A stretch of DNA of 64,000 bases from positions 9,548,001-9,612,000 of the forward strand of contig NC_086109.1 in assembly GCF_963921235.1 (NCBI RefSeq), written 5' to 3'. The DNA comes from Mobula hypostoma (Eukaryota). The position numbers were made by a program, and so were the translations under genes. The notes beneath the pieces were generated by a model. That model searched no databases, was not told the DNA's origin, and worked only from the letters and a program-made list of their open reading frames with translations. Below are positions 1 to 20,269 of this stretch, piece by piece (within the stretch, counting starts at the first letter, position 1; every line of letters begins with the position of its first letter).

Positions 1-1039
1 GAGTTTCCCAAGCTTTCATCTTGCCACTGTGGTTTTGCAGTTTCAAGGTTATTTTTCCATCATGGAAATCATAAACTCAGAAAGGAGGCCACCCTTGTCT
101 CCGGGTGACCGATGTCCAAGCCGCTCTTGAACATCTGATGGGTCCATTGATTACGGGGTCCTTATGTCATGGTGAGTGCTGGAAAAGACTCAACTCTGGT
201 GTGCAGAAATGGCAGATTCACATTCAGAGACAAAAGCAAGAGGTTATAGGTAGGAATTCCATAGAACATCGGAGGCACAATCCAGCGACACCGCAAGACA
301 AGTCATTCTCAACACAAGGACCCCGTGTTGAATGGTATTCAGGAGACCGCTGTAAATAACCACAAAATGCGGAAAACCCGTCCCAGTCACAATTAACTGA
401 ACAAGATTAAACAGAAAGCACAAGGGCTGAACGACTCTATTTAAAACAAGAATTAGTAAATATAGGTGTTACAGAAAGGCAGAAGCCTAACGCTCTCTGG
501 CAAGCCACAAAGGCCAGCAGATCTCATGACAGCAGACCTGGTATACCCATCAGTATTTGCATGACAAATGGTTACAAAATCATTATTATTTAAAATGAAG
601 TTATTTTTCACATATCTTTTTAAAGATGAATATTAGTACATTTTTGAAGAGTTTTTCTAAAATGCCTCATTTATTTCAATCTCTCTTTGTTAGACTTTTA
701 TTAATAATTACTGAATAAATACACATAAATAAAGAGGACACATTCTTTTTCCTTTAAAAATGTTCATGATTATTGTCACTAATGCATTAATTAATGATCA
801 TTCCTCCTCAAACTTACCCTGCTGCACAGCAGAATTTCTTTAGATGATTCTCGCCAATTTGGACACACTCTCTCAAAATGGTTCTCCACCACTGGTCTAA
901 TCTATGCTTGGCTTCACCAATGTCAAGGAGGCCACGTCATCAATACCGAATGATGTTAACCAGGGTGGAAGAGGTTCAAAGAAGCATTTGTCTCACCTGA
1001 GCCATCCAGCATTCTGTTTTAGCTCTGGATTACTTTGGT

Positions 1040-1330
1040 AAGCAGCCAGAATAATCAAGGACTCATCCACCTGAGACAATGTCTCTTCTCTCCTCTCTCA
1101 GAGGGCAGAATCTACAAAACCCTGAAAGCAGGTACAACCAGGCTCAAGGACAGCATTTCCCTGCTGTTTTCAGACTATTGAATGATTCCCTAGCAAAATG
1201 AGGTAGATTCTTGAGCTCACAATCTACCTCGTTATGATCTTTCCCCTTAATGTCTACCTGCACTGCTCTTTCTCTGTGACTGTCACACTTTATTCTGCAT
1301 TCTGTTGTTCTAACTTCATTTTTTATTTTA
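1040..1330 (+). mobile_element. LINE 3'-end fragment (Rex1/L2-like); also at +21096 and +42219
   Basis: Decayed C-terminus AARIIKDSS...GRIYKTLKAGTTRLKDS followed by a 3'UTR. Confidence 0.55.
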
Positions 1331-1489
1331 CTGCGATACAGTGAGGAATAGCCTATTTTGGCCCTTCGAGTCATACTGTCCAGCAATCCTTCAATTTCCG
1401 AGCCTACCCAAAAAACAATTTACAATGAACAATTATCTTCTATTATCCCAAACCTCTCCTCCGCAGCCCCCTACTTACACCAATTCCAC

Positions 1490-3232
1490 AGTCATCATGG
1501 ACTGACCTTCACTACTGAGCAGATGTGAAGGGCTCTGTGGAAACTCAGACATAACAAAGAATTACTACTGGATGGTGTGAACCCCAAGCTCCAGAAGGAG
1601 TGCGCTGAGCAGCTGTGTGGAGTTCTCCAGTGAATTTTCAATCTGGCTAACATCATATTTGGTCTCAGTGCCCGAGAAGGGCTGACCAAATAATCTTGAA
1701 TAACTGCCATCCTGTGGCCCTGACCTCACACATCATGAAGTCCCTTGAGAGGCTGTTGCTGGCTTACCTTTGACCCCTGGTCAGATCAGACCTCGATCTC
1801 CTGCAGTTTACCTACCAGGAGCACATTGCAGTTGACGATGGTGTCATTTACCCGCTGAACAGAGCCTACTCCCATTTTGATAAACAAGGCAGTACTGTGA
1901 GGATCATGTTTTTTGATTTCTCAAGTGCCATCAATACCATACAACGCTCCTTGCTGGGGGAGAATCTCTGTTCAAAGCAGGTTAGCACTTCCATTGGATC
2001 CTGGATAATGGCTGACCTGACTGGCAGACCACAGTTTGTGCAGCTTCAGAGCTGTGTGTCAGACGTGGCTAAAAGCTGCACTGGGACTCCACAGGGGATG
2101 GTATTGGCTCCCTTCATCTGTACTCTGTATACCTCAGACTTTAGGTACAACTCTGAGTCATGTCATCTGCAGAAATCTCCGATGACTCAGCAATAGTTGG
2201 GTTTTTAAAGGGAGGATGGGAGGATGAATACAGGGCCCTGATGGAGGACATTGTCAAACAGTGCAAACGGAATCATTTGCAGCTCAACATCAGTAAGACA
2301 AAGGAGATGGAGATGGACTTTAGGAAGACTAAGCCAGCCCCTCTGTCTGTTACAATTGATGGTGAGAATGTGGGTGTGGTGGGGACCTACAAGTACCCAG
2401 GTTTGCACGTGGATTACAGACTTGAAAGGAGCACCCAGACAGAGGCTGTGTACAAGAAGGACCAGAGTCACCTCTGCTTCCTGAGAAGATCGCGGTCCTT
2501 TGGAGAACGGAGGCCTCTGCTGCACATATTTTACCCGTCTGCTGCCTCCAGTAGAATATTCTGTGCAGTGGTGTGCTGGGGCAATGGCATCCGACCAGGT
2601 GATGCAAACTTGCTGATTTGATTAGAAAGGCTGGCTCTGTCATAGGTGTCAAACTGGACACACTGGAGGCTGTGGTAGAACAAGGAACCCTTCGGAAAAT
2701 CCTGGCAATTCTGGATAATGTTTCCCACCTTCTGCATCCCACCTTGGCGGATCGAAGGAACACTTTCAGTAATAGACTAAGACAACTGCACTGCTCCAAA
2801 GAGTGCGACATGAGGTCATTCTTAACCTTGGTCAATAGCCAACCTATAGCCAGGGAAGTGATGACCCCTCGTGTTCGACTGCTATTTACCTCTGATTACT
2901 AGAGCTCTGCTTTCAATCTGTTTAGCTCTGTTTACCACTCCTGCTATCGTGCAATACTGTGCAATACCACCACCAGTTCTTATCTTGATGGTGTGAAGAT
3001 GCACCCATTACTTTATAATATTACAGCAATTCTTGCACTACCATCTTATCAGTGTGAACTTGGAAATCTTGAAAATCTTATAATCTCTGATTTGTAAATC
3101 TTGTACATCTTATTTTTAAGGTCACTTTTTTTTATTCTTTCTTACTTCTCTTCTCATATTTGTAAATCTGTACACTTATAATGCTACTGTGACACTGTAA
3201 TTTCCTTTGGTATCATGAAGTGTCTATCCATG
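1490..3232 (+). mobile_element. Decayed Rex1/Babar-type LINE (RT domain, frameshifted)
   Basis: FFDFSSAINTIQ, GTPQGMVLAPF, DDSAIVG, LQLNISKTKEM across three frames; 3' end tgtaatttcctttggtatcatgaagtgtctatc. Ends approximate. Confidence 0.8.
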
Positions 3233-3326
3233 TAAAGTTATTAATACCTGCAATGCACATTCTCTGTAACTGTTACACTATAATCTGTATTCTGCTATTG
3301 CCTTTCCCTTGTACAACCTCCATGTA

Positions 3327-5911
3327 AGACCATAAGGTATAGAAGCAGAATTAGGCCACTCAGCCCATTGAGTCTGTCCCACTGTTCCATCATGGCTGAT
3401 CCCGGATCCCACTCAACCCCATACAACTGCCCTTTCGCCATTTTCTTTGACGCCCTGAGAGATCAGAAAACTACCAACATCCGCCTCAGATATACCTTTG
3501 GAGATGGCCTCCACCACAGTCTGTAGCAGAGCATTCCACCGATTCACAACTCTCTGGCTAAAGAAAATCTTCCTTTAATTCTGTTCTAAATGTTTGGCCC
3601 TCAATTTTGAGGTTGAACTCTGTAGTTTGGATATCTCGACCAGTGGAAACATCCTCTCCACATCCACCCTATCTAGACTTTTCAACATTTGGTCGGTTTC
3701 AATCAAATCCCCACACATGCTTCTAAATTCCAGTGAGTACAGGCCCAAAGCTGCCAAATGCCCCTCATATGTTAACCCCTTCACTCTCAGAATCATCCTC
3801 TGGACTCTCTGCAATGACAACACATCCTTTCTGAGATATGAGGCTCAAAACTGTTGACAATACTCCAAGTGCACCTGACTAGTGCCTTTTAAAGCCTAAC
3901 ATTATCTCCTTGCTGTTATATTCTATACCCCTTGAAATTTTTATCATCAATCTCCAGGTACCCCAAAACCTGATTCTTAACAATAGACTCCAACACTTTT
4001 CCAAACATTGAAGTTAGGCTAACCGGCCTATAATTTCCTTTCTTTCGCTTTCCTTCCTTCTTAAAGAGTGGTGTGACGTTTACTATCTTCCAGTCCTCCA
4101 GGACCATGCCAGAGTTAAGGGATTCTTGAAGGATCACGCCAAGAGCATCCATTATTTGTTCAGCAATGTCTCTTAGGACTCTGGGATGTAGTTGATTTGG
4201 TCCAGTGACTTAAGCACCTTAAGACCTTTGTGTCACTCACTCCTGCTGCCTGACACTCACAGACCTCGAGCACTCTAGGATTTTAAAAGCTTCCCAATCA
4301 TCCAATTTCCCACTCACTTTTGCTACCTTATATGCCCTTTCCTTGGCATTCATGCAGACCTTAACTTCCCTTGTCATCCACGGTTGGCTAGCCCTGCTAT
4401 TTGAGAACTACTTCTTCTATGGGACATATCTATCCTGTGCCTTGTGAATTATTCTCAGAAACTTCAGCTGCCTCTGCTCTACCATCATCCCCGCCAGTAT
4501 CTTCTGTCACGTGACCGGCAACAATGAATCTTCCTTTGATCCACCGGGGTAAGCTCCTCTCTCTTGCCTCTGTAATTTTCTTTATTCCATCGCTATACTG
4601 TTAGGTAGATAGATAGATAGATAGACATACTTTATTGATCCCGAGGGAAATTGATTTTCGTTACAGTTGCACCAACCAAGAATAGAATATAAATGTAGCA
4701 ATATAAAAACGATAAATAATTAAATAATAATATGTAAATTATGCCAGATGGAAATAAGTCCAGGACCAGCCTATTGGCTCAGGGTGTCTGACTCTCCAAG
4801 GGAGGAGTTGTAAAGTTTGATGTCCGCAGGCAGGAATGTCTTCCTATGATGCTCTGTGTTGCATCTTGGTGGAATGAGTCTCTGGCTGAATATACTCCTG
4901 TGCCCAATCAGTACATTAGGTAGTGGATGGGAGACATTGTCCAAGATGGCATTCAACTTGGACAGCATCATCTTTTCAGACACCACCGTGAGAGAGTCCA
5001 GTTCCATCCCCACAACATCACAGGCCTTACAAATGAGTTTTGATTCTGTAACAGGCTGCATGCACGACCGGCATTACCTGTGATTTATGCTTCTCCCTTT
5101 CAGTTTGCAGTATGAATTCAATCATATTATGATCACTGTCTCCTAACGGTTCCTTTAACATTAAGCTCCCTAATGAGATCTGGGTCATGACACAACACCC
5201 AAAAGCCTTTCCCCAAGTAGGCTCAAGCACAAGATGCTCTGAAAAGCCATCTCATCGGCATTCAACAAATTCCCTCTCTTTTTCCTGGGGAAAAACCTGA
5301 TTTTCCCAATCCACTTGCATATTGAGGTCCCCCAATACCACTGCATCATTATCCTTTTCACGTGCCTTTTCCAACACTCTTTACAAACTCAACCCTATAT
5401 ATTGGCTATTATTAGGAGGCCTATAAGATTCTCAGAATATTTTTTTCACCTTTGCTGTTTCTTAACTCCACCGACAAAGATTGAATGTTCTCAGACCCTA
5501 CGTCATCTCCATCTACAGATGTAATTTCATCTCTAACTAATATAGCCAGACCACCGCCTGTACCTTCTTGCCTGTCCTTACTTTACTGAGTATATCCATT
5601 GATGTTAAACTGACAACTATGGTCTTCCAACCACGACTCAGTGATGCCCACAATGTCACACCAACCAACCTCTAATTGTTCCACGAGTTCACCCACCTTA
5701 TTCCGGATGCTACGCGGATTTAAATATCGCAGCTTCAGTCCGGCACCCTTCGCCCTGATGAATTTTGACTCTGTGGTCCAGTTGAGTTCTTTGCTCTGTC
5801 TGCATTTGTACCCCATCATTGGCTTGTCCTTCATTACATTCATGTTACACCCATCATCTACTTGTAAACCTGCTGGCTCACCCTCAGCTCCATCATCCTG
5901 ATTCCCATCAT
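3327..5911 (-). mobile_element. Internally deleted CR1 LINE (APE endonuclease and RT remnants)
   Basis: YLNPRSIRNK...DIVGITESWL and SDHNMIEF (APE), EDWKIVNVTPLFKK...NYRPVSLTS (RT), LGLYSLEFR...GDLIE (C-terminus); atgta direct repeat at 3322-3326 and 5912-5916. Confidence 0.85.
4604..5072 (-). mobile_element. 5'-truncated Rex1-like LINE with (TAGA)n tail nested in the CR1; also 25700-26168 and 46823-47291
   Basis: KACDVVGMELDSL...ILDNVSHPL...FLPADIKLYN, similar to the C-terminal ORF at 2618-2902; (gata)n tail at ~4604-4624. Confidence 0.8.
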
Positions 5912-7369
5912 ATGTACTGATGTGATGAATTGATCTGTACGGGTGACATGAAAAACAAGGTGTATCATTGCACCGCAAGTGGTTCTTGTTCATCGTGGCC
6001 AACAGTGATAGATACCTGTGTGGGAGAGTTTTTAAAGTGGAAAATCTATCGCACTGGGTCAGTTCCACTTTCTAGACATCAGCAGTCCAGGCCCAGTGGT
6101 AGAAACAAGCGTCACAAGCTGGGGAATTCCTTGTTTGCAGTGGACAACCACGACAACTTCCATGCCTTTTCATGCGGTTCGCTCTCCTCGGAGCGATGCA
6201 GAGCCACCTTCCTAGTTGTTGGATCTCACTGCAGATCTCAGTCTACCAGAGCAGACTTTGCATGCTAGGACAGGCCTGGTACCCCCACCTGGTGAAGCGC
6301 TGTATTGGGTATGGCTGCTGTCACATACAAACAAATGGAAATAAATAATACAAATGTGGTGAGGTGGTGTTCATAAGTTCAATGTCAATTTAGAAACTGG
6401 ATGGCAAGCTGTTTCTGAATTGCTGAGTGTGTGCCTTCAGGCTTCTGTCCCTCCTCCTGACGGTCACAATGAGAAGGGGGCATGGCCTGTGTGGTGGGGG
6501 TCCTCAATGATGGACACAGCCTTTGAGGCTCGGCTCCTGCAAGACATCTCAGATACTACGGTGGCGAGTACTCATGATTGTGCTGACTATCTACAATTGA
6601 CTTCAGAATTGAAATGGAACCGAGGGCATTCTTGCAGGCAAATATTTTGTTTTGATGAAGGGTCTTGGCCCTAAACATCGATTGTACTCTTTTCCATAAA
6701 TGCTGCCTGGCCTGTGAGATCGTCGAGTAATTTGCGTGCGTTGCTTGGATTTCCAGAATTTGAAGATTTTCAGTTGAATTTGTTTTCAATGTTGTCTTAG
6801 ATCAGCAGTGAGAGCAAAGCGAAACACAAGAGGTTAATTTTATCAATAGAAGTCATGTTTAATTGCTCACCTTATCAATTAATAGTCAATAATAGGCACT
6901 TATTACTTACTGATTCTCTTTTCTTGACAGAGCATTTTTAATATGTTTCCAAATCTGATTATTATCCATTTGATTGAACAATTCCCCAGATATGAATACC
7001 CTTGAAACTATTATAAAAAAGCTTGAAATTATTTGTCCTGTTCCATGTTTCATCCTGTACTTCTGAAGGTCTTGGTTAATTTCACTGAGTTTTTGAAGAG
7101 ACGGATCAGTTTTATATGTCACAAAGACAGTACATTGAAACATTGAAACATACTGTGAATTGCATTGTTTGTGTCAATGACCAACACAGTCCGAATACTT
7201 TACTTCCCCATTCTGAGTTTTGGTCTGATGAACAGCTGAACCTCTTGACCATGTCTGCATGCTTTTATGCATTGAGTGGCAGCTACATGATTGGCATTAA
7301 TGAGTAGGTGCATGGGTGTAGCTGATAAAAAGGCCTCTGAGAGTATGAGAGGGATAGATAGCTGGCGAG

Positions 7370-8160
7370 TGTGTCGTCACTCACAGCTCCAAACTGCTAA
7401 TTAAATTTGCTGACGATACTGCACTGATTGGCCTAATCTCAAATAATAATCAGGCTTCCTACAGAGAAGAAATCATCACCCTGATACAATCATGTCAAGA
7501 AGACAACCTCTCGCTCAATGTCACAAAAAGGAAGGAGCTGGTTATGGACTACAGGAGGTATGGAGACAGTCTAGTCGCTATTGACATCAATGGATCTGGA
7601 GTTGAGAGGGCGAACAGATTTAAGGTCCTCGACATACACATCTCCAAGGATCTCACATAGTCTGTACATACCGGCTGTGTGGTGAAAAAGGCACAACAGT
7701 GCCTCTTTCAGTTGAAGAAATTTGGTATGGGCCTCCAAATCCAAAGAACTTTCTCCAGGGGCACAATTGAGAGCATCTTGATTGGCTGCATCCCTGCCTG
7801 GTATGGGAACTGTACTTCCTTCAATCGCAGGACTCTGCAGAGAGTGGTGTGGACAGCCCAGCGCATCTGTAGATGGGAACTTCCCACTATTCAGGACAGG
7901 TATGTATGAAGGGCCCAAAGAGTCATTGGGGACCTGAGTCGCTCTAACCACAAACTGTTCCAGCTGCTACCATCCGGGAAGCGGTACCGCAGCGTAAAAG
8001 CCAGGACCAACAGGCTCTGGGATGTCCATATATTTGTTGTCCATACTATTTATTATAAATTTATATAAATTGCTTATTGCACATTTAGACAGAGACCTAC
8101 TGTAAAGATTTTTACTCCTCATGTATATGAAGGATGTGCGTAATAAAGTCAATTCAATTC
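7370..8160 (+). mobile_element. 5'-truncated LINE (Rex1/L2-like RT C-terminus); also 28462-29283 and 49852-50673
   Basis: KFADDTALIGLISNNN, TIESILIGCIPAWYGNC; tail aataaagtcaattcaattc. Confidence 0.8.
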
Positions 8161-8539
8161 CCAGTGTTGAATTATCTAATTCCAGAGGTCATGCAGTTCA
8201 GTTGAGAGAGCGTAAGTTTATAGCAGATGCGTGGGGCAAGTTTTTTACATGGAGAGTGTTAGATGCTTGGAATGAGCCCCAAGGGAACATTGAAGGCTGA
8301 AGAGAATGTTCCTGTGCTTTGCCATTCATGGGTTTATAGACTGTTCAGACATCTGATGGTGAAGAGGAAGAAGGTGTTCTTAAATTGTTAAGAGTGAGTT
8401 TTTAAGAGGTTAGGATAGGTATATGGATGTGTGGGTTCCGGAGGGCATTGATGTGGGTGCAGGAGCTGGAATCAGACAGAAGACTAGACTGGCATGGGCT
8501 GGATTGGATGAAGGGCCTGTTTCTGTGCTGTGGTGTCTG

Positions 8540-8830
8540 TGACAATCGGACTCAAGACAAGTGTGTATGACAGTCGGACTCATGTCTGTTCGTACTGCAG
8601 TGCCCATGACAGTCGGACTCATAACTCCTCGTACTGAGGTGTTGTTGACAATCAGACTCAAGACTGTTCGTACTGTAGTGTCAAGGACAATCAGACTCAT
8701 GACTCCTCGTAGAGTACTATCGATGACATCGGACTCATGGCTCTTCACACTATAGTGTCGATGACAATCAGACTCATGACTGTAGTGTGGTGTCAATGAC
8801 AATCGGACTTATGACTTTTCCTACCGTAGT
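8540..8830. repeat. Degenerate ~39-bp minisatellite (8 units, a ninth at 9134-9165); also 29663-29953 and 51053-51343
   Basis: Core tgacaRtcRgactcaW starting at 8541, 8569, 8608, 8647, 8686, 8725, 8763, 8798. Confidence 0.85.
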
Positions 8831-8832
8831 AT

Positions 8833-9133
8833 AGATAGATAGATAGATAGATAGATATACTTTATTGATGCTGAGGGAAATTGGATTTCATTACAGCCAC
8901 ACCAACCAAGAATAGAGCATAAATATAGCAATACAAAAACCACAAACAATCAAACAACAAAATGCAAACTATGCCGGATGGAAATTAAGTCCAGGACCAG
9001 TCTATTGGCTCAGGGTGTCTGACCCTCCACAGGAGGAGCTGCAAGTTCGATGGCCACAGGCAGGAACACAGGCCCAGTGTTGTATCTTGGTGGAATGTGG
9101 CCGAAGTCCAACAGTAAAAAGTTCAGTATCCAC
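8833..9133 (-). mobile_element. Short Rex1-like 3' fragment with (TAGA)n tail inserted in the minisatellite; also 29956-30256 and 51346-51646
   Basis: Same family as 4604-5072; (t)agtat direct repeat on both flanks. Confidence 0.75.
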
Positions 9134-9784
9134 AGTATCGATGACAGTTAGACTCATGACTGTGGATAGATTATGAAACCATATATTTCACTTCTTTTAT
9201 GTTTGTTTTTTGTCTTGAATGTGATTCTGAGACTGTTTGAGCCTGTGATTTCCATTTTGGAAATCGTCAGGGTGGTTTCATGCTCTGTAGTCTCTGAGAG
9301 GATCGTGGCGGGAAGACTGCAGCATGGGCCTCAAGCCGATGTTCGGCTCCATTTTGTGGATTAAAGCTTCCATTGTTCACTGATTAAAACAAGGAGAGAG
9401 GGTGAAATATCGAGTGAAAACGGAAGGTGAACACCCACTGCCAGGCTTTTGATCGCTGGTGGGATTGTCCGCTGTCAGAGAAGGGATACTGCCTTTTGAA
9501 CACTGGTGGGATCACTCTGCTATCAGAGAGGGAAAGAACAGCCGCTGGTTTACCCAGGTTTTCTGCATTTTGGATTTGGACTTGGACTATAGATTGTTGG
9601 TCAGTCTTACAGTATTTTATATTCTGTGTTTTTTGCCTGATGTTTCTCATTCTTTGTGTGTGGAGAGGGAGATTTGGAGGTTGATGTGACTGGTCCATTT
9701 TTGTCCATTTCTGCGTGGGGGGAGTAGGTATTTAGGGGTTGATGATCCTGCTACCGTTCTTTTTGTTTCGTTGTTGGTTCGTGA

Positions 9785-10065
9785 GACTGGACAGGTTGTG
9801 TCTGTTTTCCCTGGAGTGAAGGAGGCTGAGAGGTGACCTTCTCAAGGTTTATAAAATCACGAGCTGAGTACATAAAGTGAAGGTCACAGTCTTTTTCATG
9901 GTCTAAAAATAAAAGGTAAAGGTTTAAGGTGAGATGGGAAAGATTTAAAGGGCACCTGAGGGGCAATATTTTCCCCCATGGAGTGTGGTGGGTACATGGA
10001 ATGAGATGCCAGAAGTAGTGGTGGAGGGAGGGACAATTAGACAAGTACAGCAATAGGATGGGTTT
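9785..10065 (+). mobile_element. CR1 3' fragment; also at +21123 and +42513
   Basis: LDRLCLFSLE*RRLRGDLLKVYKI. Confidence 0.7.
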
Positions 10066-10794
10066 GGAGTCAGAGTTACAGAACACTACAACAGGTTTCA
10101 ATAAGTGCATTCAATGTCAGAGAAATGTATTCGATACATTGATCCTGAAATTTATTTTCTTTGCAGACATCCACAAAAGCAGAGGAGTGCCCCAAGGAAT
10201 GATTGACAGTTAAAACTTAGAGCCCCAAAGCTCCCCCCGCAACTCCCCCTCCCCTGCACAAGCAGCAACAAGGCAACATCCAGCCCCCCACCCCCACCAG
10301 CAAAAATGCATCAACACCGCCCACCGAGCACTCAAGCATGCAGCAAAGCATCAATAAAGACACAGACTTGCAGTACCCCAAAGACTACTCATTCACCCGA
10401 TAATTTGACATACCACAGGCTCTCACTCTTCTTAATAAGGGAAAAAGGGGTGTCCCATTTCACAGTGAGACAGGAGACATAACAAACAACTCACTGATTT
10501 ACGATGTTAAAAGTCTGTTGCTTCGTTTTTTCTGAGCTCTGCGCCCGGAGATTTGGCCTCAAAAAGCTGTAGCTCCCTGAGCACACAACCCCTGGTAGCC
10601 ATACCGCTGCTCCCGATGTTCCGCGTTCTCCCGCGATGCTTCAATTTATGGCACCGGCCTGGAATCAGCATGTCTCCAGAGCCATGAAATGCCCGGAACC
10701 CTGTAAGCACGCTCGTCGTCCAGGCCGTGTCCTTGGGGATATTAATAAGCGGCTGTTTGTGAGGCCCTTAGAGCGGGTTCCATTCCCGCAAGGT

Positions 10795-11270
10795 CAGACA
10801 CAGGTACTTCTGCCCATCTAGGCCAGGCTGAACTGCTCGTGTCATCGACTCTCACCTGGACCATGATCCTCCTCATCCATGTACTTATCCAAACTTCTCT
10901 TAAATGTTGCAATCAAACTCGAGTTCACCACTTCGATTGACAGCCCATTCCACAGTCTCACCACCCTCGGAGTCATGGTGGTCTCTTCTCAAATTTTTCT
11001 TAAATATTTCATCTTTCACCCTTAACCTATTACCTGTACCTCTTGTCTTAACCAACCTCAACAGAAGAAGCCTGTTTCCATTGACAATATCCACACCCAT
11101 CAACATTTTGTACACATCTATCAAATTTCCTCACATTCTCCTTTGCTGCAGGGAATGAAGTCCATGTCTATGCAACCTTTCCCTCCACCTCAGGTCCTCA
11201 AATCTCAGCAATATACTTGTAAATTTTCTCTGTCCTCTTTCAATCTTCCTGATATCTTTCCAGTAGATAG
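10795..11270 (-). mobile_element. CR1 3' fragment; also 31918-32393 and 53308-53783
   Basis: YWKDIRKIERGQRKFT, IDVYKMLMGVD...TRGTGNRLRV. Confidence 0.75.
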
Positions 11271-11278
11271 GTGACTGA

Positions 11279-11370
11279 TGTAGAGGAGGCCTCAATGGGA
11301 AAACCAGATACAATAAATGACACTGGTGGGTTCACAAGTAAAGGGCTACCTCACCTGGAAGGACTGTTTA
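11279..11370 (-). mobile_element. Penelope GIY-YIG fragment abutting the promoter; similar fragments at ~910-1000 and ~19370-19550
   Basis: KQSFQVR*PFTCEPTSVIYCIWFSH*GLLY; the others read RGLLDIGE and YCIGCSFCGLIYTRE. Confidence 0.6.
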
Positions 11371-11610
11371 CGTCTCAGTCATTTGATAAAACAGTTTTGA
11401 ACCTAATTTCAGATTGTGTTATCTATGATAAGACTTATCTTTAATTTCACAGCACTTAAAGTACTTTGTTATCAACTTCTACATTGAAAGGTGTCTTTAA
11501 TAGAATGTATTTTATCAGAGATAAACTGATCACGAGTACCAGAATATTTACTTTTCATATGGAATGATTGTCTCTGTGTCCACGTGACAATGATTCCTTG
11601 AGTATAAGTA
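11365..11610 (+). promoter_or_regulatory. Pepsinogen proximal promoter, copy 1: 7 GATA sites, E-box, SOX-like sites, TATA
   Basis: WGATAA/TTATCW at 11384, 11419, 11426, 11435, 11469, 11512, 11519; TGTTTAC 11365; CTTTGTT 11464; CACGTG 11581; ACAATG 11587; TATAA 11603-11607, about 60 nt before the ATG. Confidence 0.75.
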
Positions 11611-11663
11611 TTAGGGCTCACAAGCCCAATGTCAGATTCTGAAAGGAATCCAATCGATTCAAC

Positions 11664-20269
<8,606 letters not shown>

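Noticed and set aside
105-359. Short ORFs repeated identically in each unit (e.g. 84 aa MTDVQAAL...)
   Set aside because: Identity reflects recent duplication; non-ATG start and no recognisable domain.
8540-8830. CRISPR-like look of a conserved core with variable linkers
   Set aside because: The linkers resemble each other, the core is degenerate, there are no cas genes, and the context is spliced vertebrate DNA; it is a minisatellite.
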